Shown: positions 12,571-26,260, counted from the first letter of the stretch. The stretch is DNA of 64,000 nucleotides from Vicugna vicugna (GCA_013265495.1 MU061578.1:629308-693307); one strand, 5' to 3'. The notes: generated by a model from the letters alone, not told the origin. Numbers and translations are program-made.

Positions 12571-13629
12571 TATGTTTAATGACAGTACTGTATTTTTATT
12601 TTACTGTGACCCTCTCCCCTAGATGATTCAATATATATAGATTTTTAAACATGACTTTATTTTGGTTGCTAGTCTCCCTTATTGATATACCATGACTTAT
12701 TTAGCCAGTTCCCTAATTAGGTCATGGGTACTTTTGATCTCCCATGAATTAAATCATGCTGCAACTCCGTCTTATTTTAAGACAGCTTTCGGTCGATGCC
12801 AGTGTCGTCTGACTCCCATCTTTGGCCACGTCTGGGATGTCCCCATTCAGTGCATTCCAGCCCTCTGGGGGGAGACAAGCTGCTTAAGCCCCAAACACAA
12901 ACCCTCCAATCAAAACAAAAGCAGCCTTTTTATTTTTTCCCCCTAAGCAGAAGCCACGGTGTTTGCTCACTCCGCAGCCCTGCTTTAGCATGGGGGTAAT
13001 TTGTAGCTTGAATGATTGAGACAAACACTTGGCGTGAGATGGAGAGAAGTAGCATGAGTCTGTAATTGGAATATTTTGTCTCATTTATTCTTGATAATGT
13101 GCCATATTCCACTCCATCAGCCAGAGGTGATCGCTCACAGAATGCCTTCCACCTGGAATCGGTGCTTATGGAAACCAGATGTGGTGCATTGTTAGATGCT
13201 ATTTTCAAGCGAGGGGGAGCCGTCTCCCTCCACCCACCCTCCTCCCTTTCTCATTCTCTCTCCATTTTTCCTACATTTTTTGTCCTCCCTGGGGTTCTAG
13301 TTACATTTATTTGGAGTCCAGGGATGCTGGCCCATTTTTACCAAGTCTCTGGGTTGTCTGTTCTGAATCCACTGCAGGTAGTGATGGGAAGTGGGTGGGC
13401 TGGGGTGGGGACAGGGAAGGATAACACATCTAGATGAGTTCAGGCGGCAGCTTCTGGTGAGGGGAGAGCAGGCACTAATCGGCCGTGTGGTCAGAAAGTT
13501 CAAATCAAGGAAACCGCTTCTCTTTTGTTGTTTTACAGAACAACATGTATGTTTAAGAAACTATGCTTTCCTCGGTCTCTGCGGGTTACAAAAGGCAGAA
13601 AAGGGACTGCATGGGTGACTTCTCCAGGC

Positions 13630-13935
13630 AGCTTTGTCAAAATGCAATCCAGCAACTTAGATATTTATAGGAACCGACCTAGGGGCTCGTGAAACACTCA
13701 GTCCTGTTCCCAGCTCCAAATACCCTGAAACGGAATTTTCAGGGGAGGGGTCTGGGCTCCTGATGATCCTGATGGGGCCAAGTTGGGAAACACTGACAGG
13801 GAGTGGTACAGCTTAACTTTTAAGTGAATCTCCTGGGGCACCTTGAGTAACTGCAGATTGTGATCGTGTAAGTCTGGATGGGGGAAGGGGAGGGGGCTGA
13901 GACTGCTTTTTCCTGTACTGGTCCGTGGACCGCAG
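13630..13935. mobile_element. MER5-family hAT-Charlie fragments
   Basis: gatgatcctgatggg..aagttgggaaacactg and gaatctcctgggg.accttg...tgcagatt motifs. Confidence 0.55.
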
Positions 13936-13949
13936 GATACACAGCACAG

Positions 13950-14272
13950 TTTAACACCCGCTGTCTGTTTTTGTACTGCCCGTGACCCAAGAACAATTTA
14001 AAAATAGAAAAAAGAATAGTATTTCATTACACATGAATATTTTATGAAATTCAAATATCAGTGTCCCTAAACAAAGCTTTACTGGAACACAGCCACACCC
14101 ATTCTTTTTTTTTTAATACTTTATTACATTGACTCTTTTTCACTAGCCACGCCCATTCACACAGATTGACTATGGCAGCAGAGTTGAGCTGTGAGCCAGA
14201 TCCCATGGCCCAAAAAGCCTAAAATGTTTACTCTCTGGCCCTTTACAGAAAATGTTTGCCAGTCCTCGGTCT
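13950..14272. mobile_element. MER58 hAT-Charlie DNA transposon
   Basis: ctgtttttgta...tggaacacagccacaccc...aagcctaaaatgtttactctctggccctttacagaaaatgtttgcc. Confidence 0.8.
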
Positions 14273-15552
14273 AGATCTGGAAGCAAAAAGGCAGAGGTGT
14301 CTTTAAGGAAATGTATTACTCAGTACAGCTGGGATGTGGGCGATAAGACAGGCAGTCCAGGATGTTGAGTTTGAATATCAATAATGATTCAGAAAATGAA
14401 TATTACAGTAAAACAGGAGGTGAACTCTGACAAGAAAAAAAAATCCTCCAAATGTTTCTTCTTCCCACCCTTCACCTCCTGACCTCAATTTCTGACTTCA
14501 ACGACATGCATTTGCATAATGGTTTTCTTTTGTTCTTTTTCTTGCCCACTAATTGAATAAGGATGGCTAAAAAAAAACACCTTCAGGCTCTGACTGAGTT
14601 CCAGATGCCTGTAAATACGGTCTAGGTGAATCAAAGGGAAGCGTGTTTTGTTTGTGTTTGATTTTGCTTTTTCTATTAAGCTCATGGACGTTAAGGGAAT
14701 CAATGATGGAATTTCTGTAGGTGAGTCTTTTCACAGAATGGAGTCAAAGTTGAACTTAAACCTGCTTTTCCTGGAGAGGCTTTCTCCATCTCTCTTCACT
14801 CTGTGGGTTAAGGATCCTTGGGGCATAGAATGGGTGGAGGAGACTCAAAGTTTTGCGAACTTGTATGTTCTATGATCTTTACACAAAACTTCTCATTGAA
14901 AGGATATGGAGTAGGGTTTTCCTTCATTGTGTTGCCCCAGGATCCTTGTGGCAGAGTTTGGAGACACATTGAGGTGGAGAGCTTTTGTTTCACCTGAAAG
15001 CATGAATGTTCACAATGCAGTGAATACAATGATCTGGATCCCCCGGCCAGTTGTAGCCCTTGCCTTCCGGGCCCATCAAAGTATGCTTGGAAAGTACTTG
15101 GGCACTTCTTAAAATCTGACTTCTTCTACAGCAAGGGTATTCTTCCTTTTCCAAGAAGCTCTGTCATTTCTTCAGCCCACAGCATTATGTTTGCTTATTT
15201 CTGCGCGTGTGCGATTTCATGCCAGAGCTCAGAACTCCTGAAAGCTCGGGCAGACACTCTGCTCCTTTCTCCAGGACTGGGACGTCGTCCCTGGCTCTTT
15301 CCCCACGTTCCACTATAAGATACAAAGCAAGGCTGAAAACAGTCAGGGGAGGAAGTATCAGAAGCAAATTCTGCCCAAGTTTTCCCCTTTATGATTACGA
15401 CAGTGAGCCTGTTTGTGTCTTGTCTCTGAAGTTGGACGAGATGCTCACCAAAGCCCCTTTGTCTCGTCTTCCCAAGGCTCCTCTTTGCTTTGCCAGACTC
15501 GAGCTGTGTTTGCCTCTTCCTGCGAAGAGTTTGCAGCCCATGTTCCTCGTGT

Positions 15553-16118
15553 TGTTGAACCGAAGTTCGTGTACCTGACGCCCAGTGAGGCCAAACAAGC
15601 CAAAACATCAGGGTTTGGAGCAGAGAGAGGTTTATTGCAAGGCTGAGCAAGGAGAAGGGACAGTTCATGCTCAAAGACCCAAATTCCCCGAAGGTTTTCA
15701 GGAAAGAGTTCTTCAAGGCAAAATATTGGATGAGGGCTGCAGAGTGTGTGGCTTTCTTCTGATTGGTTTGTGGTGAGGTAGCAGGACAGTGCCTCAGGAA
15801 TCGTGTGCTCAGCCTGAAGTTACCATCCTCCACCTGGAAGGGGTCCTTGGTTCCTGCAGAAGAACTAAAAGATACATTGTTGCATACATCCCTTGAGGAG
15901 GAACTAGGGCTTTGCTTTATCACCAAACTATTGCTTATTGACTGCTTTTCCATTGTTTCTGCATTTGCCTACCTCCCTAATCACTACCTGTTTGAAGCTG
16001 CCCTTTTGGATTCAGGGAAGGTCTAGGAGGCTGCAGCCTTTTTCCCACAAACAAGAAACAGGGGACACGGAAAGGCCCTGGTACCCAGAAGTGTCTGGCA
16101 GGGTCCTGCTCCGTTTCC
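15553..16118 (-). mobile_element. ERV solo LTR (ERV1-like)
   Basis: Minus strand starts gaaacggagcaggaccc, has AATAAA at 15631-15636 and ends ...ttcaaca. Possible duplicated flank cgtgt/cgtgc. Confidence 0.7.
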
Positions 16119-16731
16119 CGTGCTTAGGCTAGGTGAGGGGCTCCAGCTAGGAGGCAAATCAGAGGCAAGAGACCACTTATCCGGGAACACAGTCTTTCAA
16201 AAAGAGGTGACATACCTTAACAAGGGCAGAATCTTTGCACTTCTGGATGATGGTCCCTGACACCACGAACGGCAAAATTTTGCTGAAAAGTCTATTGCCT
16301 GTCTCTTTTTCTCTCACCATCTCAGTCTCTCTCTGTGCTAGGAACAAAGAAAACTTTTAAAGGATAGAGAGAGAAAGATCAAAATGGTTCTTAGTTTTTT
16401 CTATGTGTCTACGAAGCCCAGAACTCTGATAACGGTAAGGTGAGGGTGGGGGCGGGGACGGCTGGAATGGGAATCAGTGCCTGGGAGCAGCTGACATCAG
16501 ATGAGATGGTAGTTCTTTTAGGAGGGAAAAAAAAAGCTGTCACCTCTAATTACATTCCATGGCTCTTGCTGAATGCTACCCCAGAAATGGAATGCTTTGA
16601 TGTGAAGAAATAAACAACTTCACCTTTCCCATTTGCACCAGTGCAGTAACTAGGGAAGGGGGTTGTCAAATTGGAACTTGAATCATTTCATCAGTCCTCT
16701 TAAGAAGTTATGTAAAGGCATGTTCTTCATC

Positions 16732-17214
16732 TGTTGGCCGTGGCTGGGGAGGGGGAAATTTCCCCCCTCCCCTTCTTGAGTTCTTTTGGCTGTTCTAACA
16801 ATTAAACTGACACAAAACAGGTAACGAGAGAAAAAAAAATAATTTGTGAGCATGGAGGTCTCATAAAAGGGGACCCAAGAAGTGGTAAAAGCAGGCGGCT
16901 TTTGTACTTTTTTAGACAAAAGAAGCAGTAAGTTTGTGAGACAGTGACAAGACAAAGAAATTTAGGCTTGCGTGCCTGGTTAACAAGGGAGTGAGAACTC
17001 TTTGTCAGTCCTTAGCTCCCCATCTCTGGTGACACGCATGTCCGTCCACCTCCAGATGCAGAGAGGGCACCTTTCACATGGGAGATTTATTTCCTGCCTC
17101 AGGGGGAAAGAGGAGGGTTAGAATGTCCTTACATTGGCTGCTTCCCAAGTGACTTTCGAATCATCAGTACACCTTTGGGGCATATTTAGGGGTGGCCTGC
17201 CCTGAACCCCAACA
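16732..17214 (-). mobile_element. ERV1 solo LTR (MER34-like)
   Basis: TG...CA ends (tgttggcc...ccccaaca), aattaaactgacacaaaacagg motif, flanks tcatc/ccatc. Confidence 0.7.
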
Positions 17215-17596
17215 CCATCTTTTCCATCATTTTCATAACTAAAACAGAAAACGGTGAGCAACTGAAGAGGCCTGTATTAGTTTCTTATCTTTGCTGTAAC
17301 AAAATAGTACAAATTTAGTGGCTTAAAAAAAATCGGTGATTATCTCTGAATCAGGAAAAGTTATCCTGAATTTTATTTTCCTCTTTGCTCTTTTCTGTGT
17401 TTTCCACACAATAAGCAGTATTCCTTTAGTCAGTCAGGAAGGATGAAATTAAATGAATAATGTAAAGGGGCGTGGCAAAACCTGTTTAAATAAAAGCAAC
17501 TTAAACGTGTGTGACACCTTCATCTGCCATCTGCGTGGGATCCACCTGCAGGCTGAACAGCATTACACCCACATCATGGTTTTGAGAGGTAGCTTG

Positions 17597-18157
17597 TGTA
17601 GGGGAGCCAAATTTGCCACCCCAAAATATGTCTCTTTGGCATGAGGATTAATTTAGGCTGATTATTTTTAAAGTGCAAAAGACTCAGGAAGAACACCCGA
17701 CCTTCCCCACAACTGCCTAAAACAACGTAGATGAGGACCTGTTCCAGGAAGGGAGCATCACCAGAGGTAACTGCATATGAACCAGCTGTGTGAACAGACA
17801 GGGACCCAGCAAAGTCTGTTAGAATTCCTCTTGGTGTCCCATTGTCTCTGCCTGGCCCAGCAAACGTTTATTTACCAAACATTTGCTTTCTTTTCTGTCT
17901 CCATGTGAATTGTCTTTCTCCCCTTTGACGTCTCAAGCCACGACCCACAACAGCCTCTTTTTTTGTTAGTTGAAGATAGTGTTTAAGGTGAGAATTTCCA
18001 CCATTTTGGTGAGTTATTCAGTTTTGAGTCTCCCCCATGTATACATGTTATTAAACTTTTGCTTGATTTTCTTCTGTGAATCTGCCTCATGTCAATTTAA
18101 TTCTTAGATCAACCCAAAGGACCAGAAGGGTAGAGGATAGTTTCTTCCTCCCTGACA
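17597..18157 (+). mobile_element. ERV1 solo LTR (MER34-like)
   Basis: tgtaggggagccaaatttgccaccccaaaatatgtctctttggcat...attaaa...cttcctccctgaca; flanks cttg/cctg. Confidence 0.8.
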
Positions 18158-19013
18158 CCTGACTTGCCCAAGGCCACAGGTCATGAAGGTACATATGTCA
18201 GCCACCTGGTAGACATCAGGTCGACACTAGGCATAGGGGATAGAGAGGGTCTTTAGTGGTCAAACCAAGTATAGTCATTGGCCTCCAGAAGCTTTTAAGG
18301 CAGATGTAACACAAATATGGGTTATATATAACTGTAATTGCCCTAAGGGGAAAATGCCAGGAAATGAGATTGAAGATTCAAAGGAAACTTTGTGAAATTT
18401 AGCCTTGGACTCATCCTGTATAAGTAAGAATTAATAAGAGGGAGACAAGTGGAAAGAGGGAGCGAGTTCACTGGCGAAGGTTGTAAGTAGGACCCTTTTC
18501 TAACTCCCAGTTCAGTCGTGTTTGTTGCACTGTGTTCAGCCCACCTTTCTCTGCGCTTCTGGTTAGCTGATTCCTAAATAAATAACCTCCAAAGGGGCCA
18601 TAGCCAATATCATCTCGAAGATTTTGGGTTTGTTTTGTTTTCCACCCTAAAGAGCCTATGAATCAATTTTCCTGCAGGTGGTTCCTGAAAATATATGAGT
18701 AGGGAAAATCCAAATAAGTTCTTTTTTGCTTTATTATTAAAAACAAAAACGAAACAAATGAACAATAACAACAACAAAACCCCAATATGCTCGAAATGTG
18801 CCCCAAGGAGTCTCTCGTTTCATTTTCGCAGAACCAATCTCCCCTGTCGATAAGCCTCGAGACCCCCCTAGCGGATGGCCTAAAGCTCTACCCACTCCCG
18901 AGTTCATAGATTTACTTATGCCCAGTTCCCACAGACCACACTCAGCTGCTGGTTATTGGCTGCTTTTTTAAACAAAATTTTATCTCTATTTTTTATTTTT
19001 GAAAATGAATGTC

Positions 19014-19466
19014 CTCAGCCATAAAAAAAAAAAGAATGAAATAATGCCACTTGCAGCAACATGGATGGACCTAGAGATGATCATATGAAGTGAAGTAAGT
19101 CAGACAAAGACAAATATCATATGGTATCACTTACATGTGGAATCTAAGAAACTGATACAAATGAACTTATTTACAAAACAGAAACAGATTCACAGACATA
19201 GAAAGCAAACCAAGGGGGAAAGGGCAGGGAAGGGATAAATTAGGAGTTTGGTATTAACAGATACACACTGTTATATATAAAATAAACAAGGACTGACTGT
19301 AAAGTACAGGGAACTGTATTCAATATCTTGTAATAACCTATAATGGAAAAGAATCTGAAAAAGATTATATCTATCTATCTATGTATGTATAACTGAATCA
19401 CTTTGCTGTACACCTAAAACTAAAAAAACACTGTAAATCAACTAAAATTCAATAAAAAAAAAAAGA
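19014..19466 (+). mobile_element. L1 3' end with poly(A) and TSD
   Basis: ctcagccataaaaaa..gaatgaaataatgcca..gcagcaacatggatggacctagaga...aataaaaaaaa; TSD aaaatgaatgtc at 19002-19013 and 19467-19478. Confidence 0.92.
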
Positions 19467-20461
19467 AAAATGAATGTCAGCAAGGGTGGCCTGAAAGCCG
19501 GCTCAGTGCTGCCTGCGGAGGTCCACACCCAGGGGACTGTATCATGATTAAAATGCGTTCTCATTGGGAAAAAGGCAGCTGAGGTCTGAACCCTTCAGCT
19601 TGAAGGGCTTCTATGGAAATGTGTCAGGAAAAGAGAGGCTGAAAAGTTCACACGGCCACGCGATTCGAAACATTCTGTTCTCAAGTCACAGTTCAAATCC
19701 CGTTGTCTCAAGTTGATTCAATTCAACAGACTGAGACTTCTCCAGCAGTCTGGGCCATCCGACCCCATTATTTTTCCCCAGCAAAGTGGGCACGCCGGGT
19801 TTGGAAACTTTGAACTGTGTCCTCAACACTCAAAATCCAATTTCCTAGGCTTCTTCTCTGAAAAAAGAAAAGAAAAAAAAAAAAACCAAACAAACAGAAG
19901 TGAAGGGCTGCATGCAGTGAGACAGAGGATGTTTTCCTTTCTTTCCATTTTGTTCTTCCCTTTAATGAAGCAAATGACTTTTTGTGAAGAGGCAGAGTTT
20001 GCTCTTGGTGCAGCTCCTGATGAGTTGCAAGGAATGTGGTTACTGATTTAGCTGGAGGGACCAGCACTTACAGAATTGTGTCTCCCTCTGGTTTAGCTTC
20101 ATGTCCTGCTTTCTGCTGTATGCAGTGCTGATTCTACTTCTTCCTCTTAATTTCTTTGACTTGTTTGCACCACTTTCGTTAATAATGTACAGGATGCAAG
20201 GCACGAGGTAGAGGGATGGGGGATGCAGATGTGCCAGGCTGTGCAGTGTTGCTTGCTTGACTTTGTGTCCTCTCTTGGTTTCCATGACGCCATGTTCTCT
20301 TGGTTTATCTTCTTCAATTATCCAGCTGGACCTCTCAACTCTCTTCTGATGCCTTCACTGATTCCTCTCTACCCACATCTTGCATGTTGTTGTAGGTTCT
20401 ATCTGGGGTAATCTCATAAACTCCCATGTACTCAGATTCATACAAGTCAACCCATGTAGAC

Positions 20462-20958
20462 TGCTGGGTCCCAGGGCAGGCAACCCCAAAATGTGCCTCA
20501 ATGACATTGGTTATTTTGAATTAAAGTGACTTAAAATCCAGTGCAAGAGGTACACTTTGACCTCCTGTCTCCCTGAAAGTACTTGTGCCTGGAGGTAGAA
20601 AGACATCCTAATCACCAAAGACAAGGAATTTGGGGCCAAGAAGCCTATCTAAACACACCTTCTTACTTCTTGAATTGACAGCTCCAAGCTCAAAGTCTAT
20701 TTAGATTTTTCACTAGTTAAGCACCCCAAACCTAAGTCTCTTTGTGCCATCAATTCCTCATAAATTTATTGTTTGTCTAAAAAGTATAAAAGCTGCATGC
20801 TTTGGCCACTTCTTAGGTCCCATTTCTATGAGACCTCTGTGTATACAAGCTAAAATGTGTTTGTTTGTCTCCTGTTAGTCTGTCTTGTGTCAATTTTATT
20901 ATTAGTCCAGCCATGAGAACTCAAGAGGGAGAGAGGGGGAAAGTTCCCCTCCCTGACA
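20462..20958 (+). mobile_element. ERV1 solo LTR (MER34-like), apparently inside an L2
   Basis: tgctgggtcccagggcaggcaaccccaaaatgtgcc...tataaaagc...ttcccctccctgaca; L2-like sequence on both sides. Confidence 0.75.
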
Positions 20959-21899
20959 TACGCAACTTTTAGCTGGATGTTTCTACCTGGGTTTGCCATG
21001 GACATCATGAATTCAACCCATACTCCACTGAAGTCCCCACCCTTTCACCTCCTCAGTGAAGAATAAACAGACAGCAACATTTGGTGCTGTGGTATAAAGG
21101 CTATATGCAATGCCTTACCACCTTCCCTGCTAGTGGACTTGAAAGATACTTTGGGGCGTGAATCCCCAAACGTCTGGTGGGATTTCACATTGTTTCTTCT
21201 CTGAATGCAGTTAACTGATTCAGGTCATCCCTGCTAATTTCCATCTCATCCGTGGACTCTGGACCAGTTGTAGACTTACTTACCCTCTGGTGGACAAACA
21301 GTACACAACTCGGCATCTTCCAGAGTGAAATGCTGAAAGTCTGACTCATGGCAGACCTTTCTGAAGGTGCTTTTTGTGCTGGATGCCAGAAAACGTGATG
21401 TCCATGATATGGCTCGTTTTTGCGCACCTGGATTAAAATGTTCTCTTTTAAGACATAGTATCAATCTCTCCTACGAGGTATCTTGACTTCTTTTCTGGGA
21501 TGCTTTGGAATCTATAGGAAAACATACCCATAACAGTTATCCCACTTCGTTTTCATGTAAGGAGATGGTCTTAGGTCTACGGAACTGGTAAGTGGTAGAG
21601 GGGGGATTCATACACGCTGGTCTGAACCCCAGATCTTTGTTACCACATGTAACTCCTTCTCCTAATGATTCTCTCCTGTAAGTATTTTTAAAATCCGCTG
21701 ATTTCTTTCATCCTTCCTGCCATAGCTTTATTCTAAGACCTCTATTTCTTACTTAGATTATAGGAGTAACATTTTTGTTCTCACTTCTCTAATCTTGCTC
21801 ATCTTTGTCCAGTCCCTCTTCCTGTTATCTTCCTAAAATCAAGACTGATCACGCTGTTTCCCTTTGGCTATATTGCTTTACCAAACCTGGGCAACTATC

Positions 21900-22600
21900 T
21901 TTTTTTTGCCTTTCAGTATTGAGGTAAAACTCATGTCATATAAAATCAATCACTTTGGTGTACAATCCAGTTGCCTTTAGCACACTTATAGTGTTGTACA
22001 ACTATCACCTCTGTCTCGGTCCGAAACAATCTTGTTACCCCAAAAGGAAACTCCATACCCATTAGGCTGTTTCTCTTCTGTTCCTTCTTCCCTCAGCCCC
22101 TGGCATCACTAGTCTGCTTTCTGTCTCAATGGATTTACCTGTTCTGGATATTTCATATAGTGGGATCACGCGGTATGTGACCTTTTGTGTCTGGTTTCTT
22201 TAGTATTTTCAAAGCTCACCCATGTGGTAACATGGATGAGTGCTTTATTCATTTTTATGGTCAAATAATATCCCATTGTAGGTATATACCCCCACTTGGC
22301 TTATTCAGCCATCACTGATGGGCATTTGGGTTGTTTCTGCCTTTTGGTGACTGGGAACAGTACAGGCATGAACATTCACTACAGGTTTTTGTTCGAATAC
22401 CTATTTTCAATCTTTTGAGCATTAACCTAGGGATGAAATTCCTGGCTCATATGGTAATTCTCTGTTTCACCTATTGAGTAATTGCTAAAATGTTTTTCAC
22501 AGCAGCTGTATCATTCTGCGTTCCCACCAGTTAGAGACAAGGGTTCCCATTTTTCCCACACCCTCATCAACGCTTATTATTTTCCACTTTTGTTTGTTTG
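21900..22600 (-). mobile_element. L1 (L1MB/L1MA-like) 3' end
   Basis: ttgaggtaaaactc...ctgctttctgtctcaatggatttacctgttctggatatttcata...cattctgcgttcccaccag. Confidence 0.88.
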
Positions 22601-23265
22601 TTTTGCTTCTTAAATTTTAATTATATTAGTTTTCTGGGGTTGCCAGATCAAAGGATCACACACATAGTGACTTATGGCTTTGGGTAGATCCCTTTCTTTG
22701 TACAGACCTACAGTTCTTCTTGGGCTAATGGGGGACTGTGGATAGAATCATCCCTGAGGCCTTTTCGGGGGATTCACGGTCTATGCTTCTAAGGCCACGA
22801 AGTTGTCCTGTCTCTGAGGTGACACAAGTGCACACCCACATGCACACACACACTGCGTATGGTACGTTTTCCACTCTGAAATGAGATTGTCTGCTGCAGG
22901 ATTTCCCATCCGGAGTGCTGGGATAGTGATTCCCTTGGGGCAGAGGGATGGGACCTATGGGGCACTACATAGCCCTCAGGACAGCCACCTCTGGCTAAAA
23001 GCAACTTCATCCATTTAGCTCAGTGTACTGCATATACACAGATCATTTTTCTCATGTGCCATATGCAGGAAGTCCGGGAAGACTTGCAATACAAGGAAGT
23101 ATGGTCAAATCGAAATATAATCCTTCTGGACTCAAACAACACCCTAGCTGTGCATATTATCTTCCCCCTCTCCTTTAAGTGATGGTTTGAGCCTTCTCTT
23201 TGTTTGGGGTATCTGCAAATCCTTTAGAATTCTGGCAGACCAAACTTCCCTTGGAAGATGTATCT

Positions 23266-23900
23266 GTAAGTTCTGGTCAGGAGATAGAACTCACACTACT
23301 TAACAGGGAAGCCTTAATATAAAGAATTATTAACTAAGTATTGAGCTGAAAAAGCAAAAAAGAACACTGAGCTCAAAAAGATCACAGGTGGGAGGCAGCT
23401 ACCACCCCTCGGGCTGGGGAAACAAAGGGAAGAAGTTGGAATTATTAAAATTTAAAGGCTTGGAGGATGAGTCCTGCCAAGCTGGGACACACACCTCTGC
23501 CTGAGGGTCCTGCTTGGCTGGGGCTGAAGTCTCTGAGCTCAGAAGACGAGGGATCACTTTTATCTGAGGAGGGGGCATTGGCCAACCAGGGCTTGTGTCT
23601 CAAGTATAGTGAGTTGGTTCTCTGAGTCTTAAAGAAACTGAAAAGTGGAATCAATCACTGTTCCTGGAACATACTGTGGCAGCCAGAATACAGGATCCAG
23701 GCTGGGATGATGCAGATAGAAACAGAAAGCAAAGAGGAAGCCAACAATAACCTAACAGGCAGAAGCAAGTTCCTTCTCCCTCCTCCAGCTTTGCAGGCTC
23801 CCTGGGGACCCTCATTTTCACAGCCTATGCAGGATCCACTTGGCGAAGCAAAAATGTGGTTTGCCCAGCCTCAGCACCACAGCACAGAGTATAAAAAAAA
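23266..23900. mobile_element. Ancient LTR, family uncertain
   Basis: Opening tgtaagttctggtcaggagatagaa..cacac...taatataaagaattattaact resembles old eutherian LTR termini. Confidence 0.5.
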
Positions 23901-24839
23901 GTAGGTTTCAAGATAAGAGGTGGTACCATCTGTACTGGTACCGAAGCCCTCTCAATACCTACCCCTTGCTGAAATCAATGAGTCTCCTCTTTAATTAAGT
24001 TACTCATATCATGCTGTTCATTAATAATCTTTCTAGTTCTCTCTTTCCCTTTAGACAATGAGCTACTTGGGAACAAAGGTTGTATTCTATTTATCTCTGT
24101 GTCCCCAAATTTTCCAGTATCCGCATCATAGTAGATGTTCACTTAATGTTTGTTGCATGATGCATGGGTGAATGGATGGACAGAGCAAGGAAGGCAGCAG
24201 GGGAGCCCCAGAGAATGGCTCTTAGCAGAACCTGAAAGGCATTATTGGAATGAAGCCAAGATGAAAGATGGCGTGTGAGACCTAGGGCAGCGCTATCTGC
24301 TGTCTTGGATTCACCCTTGTTCTTTCCAGTTAGGTGTTCATAACTTGCAGAAAAAGAAACTTGCTTCCACAGCAAGCAATCAGCCAAGCAGAGAAGGCAG
24401 AGATGCACAAAGAAATCCATGGTGGGTGGGAGGATAGTCAGATACCCTGTAGGTCCAAGGTGCTGAGGCAATGATTAGCAACAGTGAAGCACATTCTCAC
24501 AACCATGGACAGAGGTATTCAAATAGAGGGCAAAAGTGGCACCTCTTAGCCTGGAATACAAAACCACAAATCTCTTTGTAGCCAGAGTCCTGCCGGTTCC
24601 TCCAACTCCATTGCTTAAAAGTCAAATACCGTCCAGCTCAGTCTGTGAGTCACTCCCTATGGCCTTCCTCTGCCTGAAACTCCAGCCTCTATCCACCTGA
24701 TTAATTCTTAATCACCTGGAGAAACTCAAACCAGTTGTCTCTTCTTCCAGTAATTTTGCCTCCCAAGCTGCTCCTTATCTTATACATCTGTGGCTCCCTG
24801 TTCTTTTTCCCCAAAGATAACTGACTGCAGAAATTCATC

Positions 24840-25040
24840 CCGGTTCTGGATCCTGGCTGCAAAGTCTGACATCATCCCTTGCCAATGGGGCATATCTCTT
24901 AACCCTGCCTCAGTTTTGTCATTTGTAAAATAGCTCCAATGGTGGTCCCTCCTTAACAGTGCCTTTGTGACCATTACAACACGTAAGCCACTTTCATTGC
25001 TTAGCACAACGGCTAGCATATAGAATGTGATTAGAAGCAT
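24840..25040. mobile_element. MIR SINE
   Basis: tgggcatatctcttaaccctgcctcagttttgtcatttgtaaaat...gcttagcaca. Confidence 0.7.
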
Positions 25041-25724
25041 TGGTGGTTAGTGTTAGTATCACACTGTATTGTAAGTGTCTCTTTAAGTGAAATCTCTTAC
25101 TAAGGCTTGGCAGGGATTTGGAGTTGTTCAGTGTTGTCTTCCGAGGACCTGGTACATAGTAGGTGTTCAGCGAACACCAAAATGAACTGGAAGGAATGAA
25201 TAAATTAGAATTTTGACCAAGTAGCTTGCCCAAGGCATGGCAGATTTCCTTGGTGAAACTGCCTGTCTAATAAGGAATTCACAGACAGTTCTCATGGTTG
25301 CTGAAAATGTTCCTACATTGGAGAAGCACATCTTCCTGTAAGAAAACGTAGTTACGGTAAACATCGTTAAGACTTTCACAAGAAACTGCCTCCAGGTGGA
25401 CACAGCAAGCATCAGAGCCCCTATAGGACCATAAATGCAGATTATATGAAGCCAGGCTCTTTTGTTTGACAGGGACAGAAGCTCAACTTGGGGGGAAAAA
25501 ACTTAGAAGAATAAGCGATTTATGAAAGGTACTGGGGGATGATTGAATAGCCGCAGGGAAATAGCTGGGCCTGGGGATCAGCTGGAAGCAGGGGCTTTTA
25601 CTTTCTCTGCCTCTTATTTCCATTTGTCAATCTCTGGATTTCTATTATTTTGTTTTACTTTTCGTTGACATGTGTGTAGACTGTCTCCCCTTCTAGAACA
25701 TAAGTGATTCCCATGCAAAGACTT

Positions 25725-26260
25725 TGTATCAGTTTCCTGTTGCTAGTGTATCAAGTGACCACAAACTTAGTGGCTTAAAACTTAGTGGCTTCTGATTCAT
25801 TTTTGGTGTTCATTGAACACCTACTATGTACCAGCTTCTTACGGTTCTGGAGCACAAGCCTAAAATGAGTCAATAGTGGGGACACGGCTACCCTGAAGAT
25901 ACTGGTAGGAGTGAGTGCCTTCTGGAGATTCTAAGGGTCAATCCATTTCCTTGCCTTTTCCAGCTCGTAGAAGCTACGCACAATTCCTTGGCTTGTGGTT
26001 CTTCCACTGTCTTCAAAACCAGCAGCTTTGAAGTCAGCATCTTCAGATCTCTCTCTCTCTGACTCTGAATCTCCCGTCTCTTCCTTACAAGAACTTCTGT
26101 GATTACACTGGGTTTATTTAGATAATCCAGGAAATATTTCCATCACAAGATTTTAATATAATCAATGTCTGGAAAGTCTTTTTTTTTTTTTTTGCCATAA
26201 GAAGAGTCATTCACAGGATCCTGGGGATTTGGGTATGGATATATCTTCTTTGGGGCACTG
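25725..26260 (-). mobile_element. MaLR solo LTR (MLT1B/C/D-like)
   Basis: tgtatcagtttcctgttgct...ccacaaacttagtggcttaaaa...ccttgccttttccagct...gattacactggg...ataatccagg. Confidence 0.88.

Noticed and set aside
15195..15953. Longest ORF in the track (252 aa, minus)
   Set aside because: Starts inside a solo LTR and runs into flanking DNA; no recognisable domain. A chance ORF.
23870..23890. REST/RE1-like site (tcagcaccacagcacag; similar ttagcaccacgg near 40299)
   Set aside because: The GGACAG half-site is missing and both lie within repeats.
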